Virus record (IMG/VR): IMGVR_UViG_3300025769_015023
Span: 1-64,000 of that record
Length of the DNA stretch: 64,000 bases
DNA from: a virus
Taxonomy: Duplodnaviria; Caudoviricetes
Strand: one strand, 5' to 3'
The first letter of the stretch is position 1. Each line of letters opens with the position of its first letter. The position numbers were made by a program, and so were the translations under genes. Positions 27,348 to 35,857 of the stretch are shown here, piece after piece. The notes beneath the pieces were generated by a model, which had not been told where the DNA came from, made no database searches, and saw only the letters and a list, made by a program, of their open reading frames with translations.

Positions 27348-27687
27348 CTTTATCTTTTTTTGTTGTATTTCTTTTAGGGGATTTGAACATTCTTTTTGGT
27401 AGCCTCCATCCATTTTGGTATAAAAAGTTACTACAAACATCCGCAAATCTTTTAACGTCAGTCTCTGACTTATCCCAAAAAAAAGCATGAGCAATTTCGT
27501 GTATGCACGTATTAAGCTCCGACTTCTTGGTTAGATAAGGGTTTATATATATTTTAGGATCTTTTTCAGACGGCGCTATACAGAGACCATCTACCTCGTC
27601 GCCGTAGGCAACATGTGGTTTTCTAAAGACTACTTCGTATTTTACGCCTTTTGTATTTGTGAAAAAAAATGAGTTTGAGTCTTTCAT
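27334..27687 (-). CDS. HExxH zinc metallopeptidase-like protein
   Basis: DGLC..IYINP..CIHEIAHA. Confidence 0.7.
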   Translation of the reverse strand: MKDSNSFFFTNTKGVKYEVVFRKPHVAYGDEVDGLCIAPSEKDPKIYINPYLTKKSELNTCIHEIAHAFFWDKSETDVKRFADVCSNFLYQNGWRLPKRMFKSPKRNTTKKDKDDKR

Positions 27688-28148
27688 CTTATTTCTTTAA
27701 ATTGACTTGGGTCGTTATCGTATAGTTCTACATAATCTTGGGTGAGCTCCTCACCCTCCTTGATTAGTCTGGTAGCAACAAACGGGGAATACTGGTCAAA
27801 CTGAGGGCTTTTTTCGTTTATCGTTAAGTTGGGGTCGTTAGAGTGATTTACGTAAAATGAAATATCTAAACAGTTGAGACCATTTAAAGAAACGGGGTAT
27901 GATTGAAACTCATCTTTTGCAAAAAAATCTTTTACACACTTCGCTACATTTTCATCGATTCCTTCAAGATCCTCGTCTGTTATATCGATTTGTGGCGTTC
28001 TGTCTATATATGTTTTTTTAAATGGATTAACCCCTTTGGGGATTTCTTTTATGGCAAACACACCAACGCCTTGAAGATTAGAGACGCCAAGCCTACAGTA
28101 AGTATCATTTCTTAGATTATCTAGGAGTCTTTGCTTATAAGTTTTCAC
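27684..28148 (-). CDS. SET-domain protein (second copy)
   Basis: QGVGVFAIKEIPKG, YVNHSNDPN, RLIKEGEELTQDY. Confidence 0.9.
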   Translation of the reverse strand: MKTYKQRLLDNLRNDTYCRLGVSNLQGVGVFAIKEIPKGVNPFKKTYIDRTPQIDITDEDLEGIDENVAKCVKDFFAKDEFQSYPVSLNGLNCLDISFYVNHSNDPNLTINEKSPQFDQYSPFVATRLIKEGEELTQDYVELYDNDPSQFKEIR

Positions 28149-28409
28149 CTACAAATTTAAATTATTTACTTTAATTGATTGGTATAATTTTTTTAATTTA
28201 CTAAGCTCCTTTGATTCGAACCCAGACTTATTGTATAGATTTTCCAATTTTTTACGAATCAATGAAATCGAATCTTTATCTGGTTTTTCGTTTGATAACT
28301 CTAAAAACAATAGCCTTTCGTTTTTGTCTATTTCCAAAGAGCACCAAAAGAGAATTTGGTGGCTCATTCTTACTTTAGAGCTTATGCTATCTATGGTTTC
28401 ATTTTTCAT
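28149..28409 (-). CDS. hypothetical protein
   Basis: 86-aa ORF downstream of TTGACT-16-TATGAT. Confidence 0.55.
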   Translation of the reverse strand: MKNETIDSISSKVRMSHQILFWCSLEIDKNERLLFLELSNEKPDKDSISLIRKKLENLYNKSGFESKELSKLKKLYQSIKVNNLNL

Positions 28410-28441
28410 TTGACTTAATCATATAATTTTTAAAACTCTAG

Positions 28442-28693
28442 TCAAGTACTGAATTCTTTTCTCCAGTTGCAAAAACTAGCAGATATGCCTTTAGGGTCTA
28501 TCTTTTTAGTCATTAATAAATTCGCGCATCTTTTGGTTTCGTAAGCAATTTCTATCTCGTCTATTGTTTCGTCTTTTTTCATAGACTCTAGGTAATCTAT
28601 AAAATTATTAAAAGAGGTATTCCAAGGAACCCAGCTAGCAGCAACATTTTCTTGGAAAACCTCTCTGTCTTCTAAGGTTATCTTGTTTGCCAT
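28442..28693 (-). CDS. hypothetical protein
   Basis: 83-aa ORF downstream of a GTGTAA motif. Confidence 0.6.
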   Translation of the reverse strand: MANKITLEDREVFQENVAASWVPWNTSFNNFIDYLESMKKDETIDEIEIAYETKRCANLLMTKKIDPKGISASFCNWRKEFST

Positions 28694-28707
28694 TTTACTG
28701 CTTAATA

Positions 28708-28726
28708 TTACACCTATTTAGTGTAA
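28708..28726. promoter_or_regulatory. Back-to-back GTGTAA motifs, candidate phage-specific promoters
   Basis: TTACAC 28708-28713 and GTGTAA 28721-28726 precede divergent starts at 28693 and 28735. Confidence 0.5.
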
Positions 28727-28734
28727 TTTAAAAT

Positions 28735-29061
28735 ATGAATTTGGTTATTGTTTCAGATATTATACTTGACCCTCCTTCCGAGGCTCTTTTTGTAAGATAT
28801 TTAACAATGAAGTCTAACCAAGAATTAGGAATGTGCAATCTTATAGAAAGCAGGAAGGGCGATTGGGATAAAATATATAAAATTTTAAAAAACAAATATT
28901 ACTGGGATTTTTTTTATGACTTCGTTGAGCCTGAGTATAGAGTGGAAGGAATCAGAATAGACACGCAATTAAACTATTCCAAAACTATAAAAGTTAATAA
29001 AATTAGCTGCGAAAACGCAGTTAGCATTTTAGGTCAAATACAATTTATTCGCCAACTATGA
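28735..29061 (+). CDS. hypothetical protein
   Basis: 108-aa ORF filling a gap in the minus-strand block, with its own upstream motif. Confidence 0.65.
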   Translation: MNLVIVSDIILDPPSEALFVRYLTMKSNQELGMCNLIESRKGDWDKIYKILKNKYYWDFFYDFVEPEYRVEGIRIDTQLNYSKTIKVNKISCENAVSILGQIQFIRQL

Positions 29062-29233
29062 TTTCGCAGGTAACCGTTATATCTTCGATGAAACCCTCTT
29101 CTCTAAGATAGGTTATTATTGACACGGCATAATCATCAGAAACTACACCTTCAGTGTCGTATATAACGACTTTGTCGCTACGCACTTCGGTTTCTATACC
29201 ATTAACTGAGGCTGTGTATTTTTTTTTCCTCAA
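29045..29233 (-). CDS. hypothetical protein
   Basis: 62-aa ORF. Confidence 0.55.
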   Translation of the reverse strand: MRKKKYTASVNGIETEVRSDKVVIYDTEGVVSDDYAVSIITYLREEGFIEDITVTCEIIVGE

Positions 29234-29442
29234 AATAAAAAGTAAGAACGTTCTACAATCGCATCAAAATCGTCTTCTGATACGTTCTTGGCCTTACTTT
29301 TTTTGAGTTGCCTAATTTGAGATAAACACACAGCAACTCTTTGAGAGTTTTTGGGGAACTCTTTCTTCATTGTCTCATCGCCCATGCATCGGGACATGAA
29401 TGAAGCTTTCTCTTCTTTCTTATTTGGCTTAGGCAAAGGCAT
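29230..29442 (-). CDS. small phage hypothetical protein
   Basis: MPLPKP..FMSRCMGD..QRVAVC. Confidence 0.7.
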   Translation of the reverse strand: MPLPKPNKKEEKASFMSRCMGDETMKKEFPKNSQRVAVCLSQIRQLKKSKAKNVSEDDFDAIVERSYFLF

Positions 29443-29485
29443 AATAAGTTATAATATATTACACCTTAAATGAGACTTTGAGAAT

Positions 29486-30373
29486 CTATATTGAGGATCT
29501 GCCCTTGTCTTTCGCCCAGTCTTTTTCTGGTCTATCTAGCTCATCGTTTCTAGCGTCTACGTTTTTTAATAAATAAAATTTAAGGTCTTTTTCTTCGAAA
29601 GACTTTATTAAAGATTTTAGATCTTTTGGTAAGCACGTACCGCCAAACCCTCTTTTTCCTCCGCAGGGAACCTCTGTATGGCTCTCACCTATTCTCTCGT
29701 CGTAAGTAACCATCTTTTTTATAGCGGAGTAGTTCATGCCATAAGCAAGACATAAATCGTATACCTCGTTAAAAAAAGAAACTTTAGTAGCTAAGAAGGC
29801 GTTTCTTACCAGCTTTGCAGTTTCAGATAAGTTGCAAGTGGTAAACTCTATTACATTACTATCTACTAATTCATTTTGCTTTGCTATTTCAAAAAGATTT
29901 CTAACTTTAAAGATAGTTGGATGATTAACGACACTTGAACCAAAAGATTTGAAATTTGGTATTCCAAATAATCTTGCGTTACATTTTTTAAAATCCTGTT
30001 CCCAGTTTAATTCTGTTAAAAATTCAGGCATGTGACTAACGCCATTTTTTTCGCAAAACCCTATAGGAACAGTCGATCTTACCACTATATCAAACTTATT
30101 GTATCCAATTTTACTTAAATCTTTTATGCATTCTTCTACTATCTCGGTATGGCAAGAGCCGTCTTCTTTTGTTGGAGTCGGTACGCAAACAAAAATCAAA
30201 TGAGACTTTTTTAAGTCATCTAAAGTTTTCACGTTCTTGCTGCATTTTTCTGGGTCTTTATCATAAATTTTAACTTTTATGTTTTTGCAAGAAAGTAACG
30301 ACGTTGCTTTCCCTACAAACCCAGCGCCTACAACGCCAATCTGCATATTTTTTTTATTTCTATAAGAAGGCAT
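29486..30373 (-). CDS. ugd: UDP-glucose/GDP-mannose dehydrogenase-family protein
   Basis: GAGFVG, CVPTP, RSTVP, PEFL, E.AKL..NAFLATKVSFFNE, GFGGTCLPKD. Confidence 0.9.
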   Translation of the reverse strand: MPSYRNKKNMQIGVVGAGFVGKATSLLSCKNIKVKIYDKDPEKCSKNVKTLDDLKKSHLIFVCVPTPTKEDGSCHTEIVEECIKDLSKIGYNKFDIVVRSTVPIGFCEKNGVSHMPEFLTELNWEQDFKKCNARLFGIPNFKSFGSSVVNHPTIFKVRNLFEIAKQNELVDSNVIEFTTCNLSETAKLVRNAFLATKVSFFNEVYDLCLAYGMNYSAIKKMVTYDERIGESHTEVPCGGKRGFGGTCLPKDLKSLIKSFEEKDLKFYLLKNVDARNDELDRPEKDWAKDKGRSSI

Positions 30374-30376
30374 TGG

Positions 30377-30559
30377 TTAAATCTGTTCTATGTCAAAAAT
30401 GTCAACATTTAAAACTTCTAAGGTTTTTACGTTTTGTACTCCAAATGTCTCGCTATCGACTACTGCTTTTACGATCCCTTTCCATTCGTAGTTTTTAGTT
30501 TTAACTGAAACTAGCTTACCGATTAACTTTTTGTTGTATTGTTCTTTTGTATTCTGCAT
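30377..30559 (-). CDS. hypothetical protein (Sm/LSm-like size and pattern)
   Basis: LIGKLVSVKT..WKGIV. Confidence 0.5.
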   Translation of the reverse strand: MQNTKEQYNKKLIGKLVSVKTKNYEWKGIVKAVVDSETFGVQNVKTLEVLNVDIFDIEQI

Positions 30560-30852
30560 TACAGTTTAATAGTTTCTTTGTCTTGTAGTTGGAATATAAT
30601 TACAGGTGATGATGCTAAATGCTTTATCTTTAGGATTTCTTCTTCGGTTAAGCTTTCGAGATATTTTACGTATTTTTTAGAGCAATGTTCTATCAATTTT
30701 TGGTCTGCACAGCAGTATTGCGATTTGCTTACTGATTTAACACATTTTAATAAATCTTTAAACTTTTTGGGTTTTACTAGCTCTTCAAACTGATTCTGCG
30801 AATGCATAAATCTTATAAAGTGAGAACTAGATTTAAAATTATAAGATATCAT
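30559..30852 (-). CDS. hypothetical protein
   Basis: 97-aa ORF. Confidence 0.55.
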   Translation of the reverse strand: MISYNFKSSSHFIRFMHSQNQFEELVKPKKFKDLLKCVKSVSKSQYCCADQKLIEHCSKKYVKYLESLTEEEILKIKHLASSPVIIFQLQDKETIKL

Positions 30853-31211
30853 TTATTGTTTAAAGACTTAAACAGTAGTGAGAAGATATAGAATAAAAAC
30901 AAACTTAAAGTATACGAGTAAATAAAAATTAAAATATTTTTATGAAAAAAGATTAGAGATAAATTCAGCCATAGGCATAAGCACTGGGGGCATGTTATCA
31001 ATCTAATAAAAAAACAATCATAGTTTATTTTTAAAAAATGAGTATAATGTAAAGATGATTCGTTCTCAACGTTAAAATCAAAATATTCTTTAGATTTGAA
31101 TACGTCGCCCAAACAAAAAATTTCACAATACTCTATAAACGCATTGGTATTGAACCAAAGATTCATTAGCATGAATGATAGTATGGAAAACTGTAAACAG
31201 TCTTCAAGCAT
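30849..31211 (-). CDS. membrane hypothetical protein
   Basis: hydrophobic segments, LITCPQCL. Confidence 0.6.
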   Translation of the reverse strand: MLEDCLQFSILSFMLMNLWFNTNAFIEYCEIFCLGDVFKSKEYFDFNVENESSLHYTHFLKINYDCFFIRLITCPQCLCLWLNLSLIFFHKNILIFIYSYTLSLFLFYIFSLLFKSLNNK

Positions 31212-31212
31212 T

Positions 31213-31698
31213 TTAAGATATTACTTGAAATGAGCCTTGGTCGTCATCTGATATTCTTTTTTTACCTAGATGGTCGATAGCATCCGTGCTTCCAAAGCCC
31301 CCTTCTCCTCTTTCTGTGTTTTCTAGATCATCCACTTCATGCCAATCTACGTCATAGCATTTTTCAATTATTAACTGAGCTATTCTGTCTTTGGCTTTAA
31401 AATTAACTATTTCATCAGAAAGGTTTATCAAAACCACGCAAAGCTCTCCTGTATAGCCAGAGTCTACCACCCCAGCCATTACGTCTATACCTTTCTTGAA
31501 AGACAATCCACTTCTTGGGGCTATTCTGCCATAAGTTCCTTCAGCTAATTGAATTTTTATGCCAGTCTTAACCATGCATCTCTCAAATGGATAAGCGTCA
31601 AAATCTTCTAAACAAGCCAAATCGTACCCAGCATCAAGCTCGTGGCTTTTTTTAGGCGGTTCTGCTAAATCTGAAATCTTCTCGTATCTTAGATTCAT
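31213..31698 (-). CDS. dut: dUTPase
   Basis: AGYDL, RIAPRSG, AGVVDSGYTGE, RIAQL, RGEGGFGST. Confidence 0.97.
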   Translation of the reverse strand: MNLRYEKISDLAEPPKKSHELDAGYDLACLEDFDAYPFERCMVKTGIKIQLAEGTYGRIAPRSGLSFKKGIDVMAGVVDSGYTGELCVVLINLSDEIVNFKAKDRIAQLIIEKCYDVDWHEVDDLENTERGEGGFGSTDAIDHLGKKRISDDDQGSFQVIS

Positions 31699-32111
31699 AA
31701 TTTTATTAAATCTACTTTATAAAAATTAAAAATATCTTTTGCTTTTTCGTCTTTTTCGTAGTCCTCTTTATAGACAACGGTATTTATATTATACGCTACT
31801 ATCATTGAAGCGCAACTAGAGCAAGGTAATAATGTGCAAGCTAATAGTCTAGCTTCCCCTTTTTTAAATAAAGATAAACAATTAACTTCCGCATGAAGCA
31901 TGTAAGGTCTTCTTAAATCTCTATCTTCCCAGAAACTTAAATGAGATGGTTTTTTTCCTTGGGCTAAACCATTGTAGCCAACACCCAAGATCATATTATT
32001 ATGATCGAGGGCGCAAGCTCCAACTTTTTTAAAAGGGTCTTCGCTTCTAAGTGATGCTGTTTCAGCTATTCTTAAAGCGTACTCTTCCCAAGTGATTCTA
32101 TCGGGATTCAC
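31695..32111 (-). CDS. dCMP deaminase
   Basis: KVGAC, GYNG, HAEVN, PCSSC. Confidence 0.93.
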   Translation of the reverse strand: MNPDRITWEEYALRIAETASLRSEDPFKKVGACALDHNNMILGVGYNGLAQGKKPSHLSFWEDRDLRRPYMLHAEVNCLSLFKKGEARLLACTLLPCSSCASMIVAYNINTVVYKEDYEKDEKAKDIFNFYKVDLIKL

Positions 32112-32113
32112 TT

Positions 32114-32347
32114 TTAAGGAATCTTTTTATACACCTTTCTTGGTCTACCAAGTTTTGGCTTCTCAACTCTATGAATTACTATCTCTTGGTTTTTGACAGC
32201 TTTATTCAGCTTAGAGTGAACAGTTACAAGAGAGTACTTGTTGTTCTCTCTCTTCATAACATCCTGTGCTGTAAACTCAGAGTCAGGCCAAGAAAGATAA
32301 ACTGGCTTTCTTCCGACTTTTTTATTTTTATTTTCTTCTTTATTCAT
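32114..32347 (-). CDS. small winged-helix DNA-binding protein
   Basis: FTAQDV..TVHSKL..GRPRKVY. Confidence 0.55.
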   Translation of the reverse strand: MNKEENKNKKVGRKPVYLSWPDSEFTAQDVMKRENNKYSLVTVHSKLNKAVKNQEIVIHRVEKPKLGRPRKVYKKIP

Positions 32348-32432
32348 GTTTAAAACTTGTTTGGATTCCTGTTATCCTTACTTTTTTTAGTATTGCGATT
32401 TTATTTTTAAAAGTCAACAATAAAAAAATAAA

Positions 32433-32461
32433 TTGACCTCAAACAATAATTACAATATACA
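32433..32461 (+). promoter_or_regulatory. Candidate promoter at the strand-switch point
   Basis: TTGACC-17-TATACA (weak -10); opposite-strand TTGACT at 32412-32417. Confidence 0.4.
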
Positions 32462-32469
32462 TAACCTAC

Positions 32470-32890
32470 ATTTTGTTCTTTTAAAGCAGTGAATAGTGCG
32501 GTAACTGATAAGTTCACCTCAAGCCCGTAAAAAGGCTCTAATCAAGCAGGGTTAATAACCCTCACGTTACTTCGGGAGCGCACGGCGTTGGAGATTAGAG
32601 ATAAACCAGAAACTTAATCCTTTCTCAATTGGAAAGCTGGCAGTCAATAAAATAAGTCCCACTGCATATTAAAAGAGCTATATTTATGGTATTACTGCTC
32701 ACGAACTAGGCAGAAACATTGCCGAAAGCACCTGTCAGATGACATTGCAATATGCAAGAAACGGTGTTGTGAAGGACTAAAGTGGGAGATAATACTGAAA
32801 ACACGCTTGTGTTTTCTCTAAATTCATATAATATGGGTGAGAGGGAAACCATGTTCTAAAGCCTAAACTCATTGGAAAGCTAACAGTCAA
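32470..32890 (+). ncRNA. Candidate ~420-nt structured RNA of unknown family
   Basis: No ORF of 60 aa or more. Helices CTCTAATC/GATTAGAG (32536-32600), GGGTT/AACCC, TGCATATT/AATATGCA, CCCACT/AGTGGG and GAAAACAC/GTGTTTTC; TTCG and GAAA loops. Confidence 0.6.
32628..32890 (+). repeat. 20-bp direct repeat pair ATTGGAAAGCTnnCAGTCAA
   Basis: 32628-32647 and 32871-32890, 18/20 identical, 243 bp apart. Confidence 0.85.
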
Positions 32891-32894
32891 AATT

Positions 32895-33677
32895 ATGGAC
32901 TCCATAAAATATAAACCTCTCACAGATTCCGAATTAACCCATAAGTCTATATTCATAGCTACACCTTGTTATGGTGGTATGGTTTGTCAGGAGTACACTC
33001 AAAGCTTACTTAGTTTACTAATGTGCTGTTTTCAGAGTAGAGTAAACTGCTCCTTCAACTTAGCCTCTAACGAAAGCCTTATAACTAGAGGTAGGAACCA
33101 TATGGTAAGTCAGTTTATGAACTCTGGGTGTACTCATATGATATTTATTGACGCGGATATATCCTTCCAAGGTTCTGATGTTTTAAAACTATTAAGACAT
33201 AACCTACCAGTAGTATGTGGTGCTTATCCGCTCAAAACAGATGAATCTAATTATGTATTTAATTTAAAGGATGCTAATAAACTTAATAGATTTAAAGATA
33301 CTACTATATTTGAAGTACTAGACGCTGGGACTGGCTTCATGATGATAGAAAGATCTGTTATAGAAGACATGCAGGAAAAGTATCCAGAACTACATTATGA
33401 GACAGATTTTGATTCTGGCTATATGCATAGAGAAAATCTCAGCGAATCTGATATATTAGGATTAAAAAAGAATCTGTACAGCCTATTTGATACAATGCAC
33501 GAAAAAGAGCACGATAATAGGTACTTATCGGAAGATTATACTTTTTGCAGAAGATATCAGGAGATAGGCGGAAAGATATTCATAGATGGATCTATACTGC
33601 TGCATCATATAGGAAGAAAAGTTTACAACGGAGATCTTAGTAAAATATTTAATTTTATACAGAGTAATGAAACCTAG
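32895..33677 (+). CDS. GT-A glycosyltransferase-like phage protein
   Basis: IFIATPCYGG, SLITRGRN, FIDADI, GTGFMMI, LSEDY.FC. Confidence 0.8.
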   Translation: MDSIKYKPLTDSELTHKSIFIATPCYGGMVCQEYTQSLLSLLMCCFQSRVNCSFNLASNESLITRGRNHMVSQFMNSGCTHMIFIDADISFQGSDVLKLLRHNLPVVCGAYPLKTDESNYVFNLKDANKLNRFKDTTIFEVLDAGTGFMMIERSVIEDMQEKYPELHYETDFDSGYMHRENLSESDILGLKKNLYSLFDTMHEKEHDNRYLSEDYTFCRRYQEIGGKIFIDGSILLHHIGRKVYNGDLSKIFNFIQSNET

Positions 33678-34305
33678 AGTTATTGGATTATCTGGTGTTG
33701 CTGGTAGCGGTAAGGACTTGTTCTTTGAAATGCTTTCTCAGAATATTAATTGCGAAAGATTTGCATTAGCAGACGAGTTAAAAAAAGAAATAAAACCTTT
33801 CATACAAAAAGAGTATGGTTTTGATATAACTTCGTGTGACAGATCTCTCAAAAATCTAGTTAGACACTATCTGGTAGCGCATGGTGAAACAAAAAGAAAA
33901 GTATCAAATGGCAGATATTGGATTGATAAATTGCAGCCAAAGATTGAAAAAAGAATAGTAAACTTTTATTTAAAACAAAATAATTATAATTTAAATGAAA
34001 ATAATAACCCACTTATACCTATAGTAACTGATATTAGATACAATGAGTATAAGAAAGATGAAATTTACTGGCTTAAAGAGGAAATGAACGGCATACATGT
34101 TCATTTAAGAAAGTTTACGTTATCAGAAAATAGAGAAAAAATATTTAGCGAGCCAGCAAATAAGTCTGAAGAAAGAAATGAGAAAATATTAATAGATTCA
34201 GCCGATTATACTATAGAATGGGAGCAAATGAAAGGCTCATTTGATGATAAGTATAAGATAATGAAGCCTACGATAAAAGACTTTGTTAAAAGTTACTTGA
34301 CTTAA
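33667..34305 (+). CDS. Deoxynucleoside monophosphate kinase-like P-loop protein
   Basis: GLSGVAGSGKD, FALADELK, IVTDIRY.NE. Confidence 0.7.
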   Translation: MKPRVIGLSGVAGSGKDLFFEMLSQNINCERFALADELKKEIKPFIQKEYGFDITSCDRSLKNLVRHYLVAHGETKRKVSNGRYWIDKLQPKIEKRIVNFYLKQNNYNLNENNNPLIPIVTDIRYNEYKKDEIYWLKEEMNGIHVHLRKFTLSENREKIFSEPANKSEERNEKILIDSADYTIEWEQMKGSFDDKYKIMKPTIKDFVKSYLT

Positions 34306-34325
34306 TTTTATAAAAACAATAGTAT
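34297..34325 (+). promoter_or_regulatory. Sigma70-type promoter
   Basis: TTGACT-17-TAGTAT; ATG at 34334. Confidence 0.6.
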
Positions 34326-34333
34326 AAAAGTCT

Positions 34334-34624
34334 ATGAGCGAAAACCAAAATAACTCAGATAATAAGAATAAGGAACTTGGGGCGCTCTGGAAGCGTAAGT
34401 CTAAGGATGGAAGCCAAACTTACTTGGCAGGACATCTTGTTTCAGAGGATGAGTTCGGTCAAGAAACTAGAACTAAAATTGTAGTTTTTTCGAACTCTAA
34501 GAAAACCAATGAGAGACAGCCTGATTTCAGAATGTACCTCTCAAAAGAGCAGCAAAACCAAGGTCAGACCCAAGCTCAAAACACAAGCAAGCCAGTTCAG
34601 GCGACTGAAGAAGAAGTTCTGTAG
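34334..34624 (+). CDS. DUF736-like OB-fold, putative ssDNA-binding protein
   Basis: LGALWK..YLAG..VFSN..QPDFRMY, acidic tail. Confidence 0.65.
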   Translation: MSENQNNSDNKNKELGALWKRKSKDGSQTYLAGHLVSEDEFGQETRTKIVVFSNSKKTNERQPDFRMYLSKEQQNQGQTQAQNTSKPVQATEEEVL

Positions 34625-35712
34625 TGCCTGAACTATCTCTTAACCTACCGATAAATTCGGTATCATTTGGCCAAGTTTCCACACTTATACTGCGAGAGCT
34701 ATATAAGCGTGGGCTTGAGCCATGTTCTTTATTTCCTATAGGCGAAGTTGATTTTTCTACCCAAGAAAAAGATGATGATTTTTTCGAATGGGTTCAAAAG
34801 TGCGTAAGCAAAAGAAACTTCTCTCACTCTAGAAAAAACCCTACCCTAAAGCTATGGCATTTAAATGGGTCAATGGAGTCGTACTCTGAAAATAATTCTT
34901 TACTGACTTTTTACGAGCTTGACTCGCCAACTAAATCCGAGATAAATATAGCAAAAAATAATAAAAACTTAATAGTAACAAGTAATTACTCAAAAGAAAT
35001 ATTTAAAGAGCATGGGGTTGATGCCAAGGTTATACCTCTAGCCTTTGATGATTATAATTTTAAGAGAAAAGAAAAGAAGTACTTTGAAGACGGTAGGGTG
35101 AACTTTACTATTTGCGGTAAGTTTGAAAAAAGAAAGAACCATGCTAAAACTATAGCTTCTTGGGCAAAGCGTTTTGGTAATAATAAAAAATATTTTTTGC
35201 AATGCTCTGTCTATAATAATTTTGCTAAAGAAGAGTTAAATAAAAAATGGTTCTCTGAATCAGTTTTAAATAAAAATTATTTTAATGTTCAGTTCTTAGG
35301 CCATATGCCTCATAATAATCTTTACAATGATTACTTAAACTCTAGTGATATTGTTCTCTGTATGTCTGGTGCTGAAGGTTGGGGTTTGCCAGAGTTTCAT
35401 AGTGTAGCTATGGGTGCTCACGCAGTTGTTTTAAATGCAACCGCTTATAAAGAGTGGGCCAATAAAGAAAACTCTGTACTGATTGAGCCAACTGAAAAGA
35501 TAGAATGCTACGATGGAATATTTTTCAACAAAGGCTCCGAATTTAATCAGGGTAATATATATGACTACAATGAAGATGAATTCATACATGCTTGTGAAGA
35601 AGCCATAAGAAGACATGAAGAAAACCCTAGAAACTTAGAAGGAGAAAAAATTGTTTCTGAATTTACTCCTAAATCAATGGTCGATTCTTTACTGGATATT
35701 GTCCTTGACTAA
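34624..35712 (+). CDS. GT4-family glycosyltransferase
   Basis: GKFEKRKNH, EGWGLPEFHSVAMG. Confidence 0.85.
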   Translation: MPELSLNLPINSVSFGQVSTLILRELYKRGLEPCSLFPIGEVDFSTQEKDDDFFEWVQKCVSKRNFSHSRKNPTLKLWHLNGSMESYSENNSLLTFYELDSPTKSEINIAKNNKNLIVTSNYSKEIFKEHGVDAKVIPLAFDDYNFKRKEKKYFEDGRVNFTICGKFEKRKNHAKTIASWAKRFGNNKKYFLQCSVYNNFAKEELNKKWFSESVLNKNYFNVQFLGHMPHNNLYNDYLNSSDIVLCMSGAEGWGLPEFHSVAMGAHAVVLNATAYKEWANKENSVLIEPTEKIECYDGIFFNKGSEFNQGNIYDYNEDEFIHACEEAIRRHEENPRNLEGEKIVSEFTPKSMVDSLLDIVLD

Positions 35713-35733
35713 AAAACATAAAATCATTAAATT
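35705..35733 (+). promoter_or_regulatory. Sigma70-type promoter upstream of the small RNA and array 2
   Basis: TTGACT-17-TAAATT. Confidence 0.55.
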
Positions 35734-35739
35734 TTATTT

Positions 35740-35845
35740 CAGTAGGGAGGGTCGCTCCCGAATTAACGCCCAGTAGTTATGAACATTCGTTAGAAATTCA
35801 GACTGGGAATTACCTAGCTTCCCCTGTCGTGGGGGAAGCAAAATT
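35740..35845 (+). ncRNA. Candidate ~105-nt structured RNA
   Basis: GGGAG/CTCCC, CCCAGT/ACTGGG and GCTTCCCC/GGGGAAGC stems directly after a promoter. Confidence 0.45.
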
Positions 35846-35857
35846 TTCTCAAAAAAA

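Noticed and set aside
32470-32890. Group I or II intron, RNase P or tmRNA identity
   Set aside because: GTGCG and GACTA/AGTC-like words are present, but there is no group II domain V, the R/S order is wrong for group I, no interrupted gene flanks it, and there are no RNase P CR-V or tRNA-like ends.
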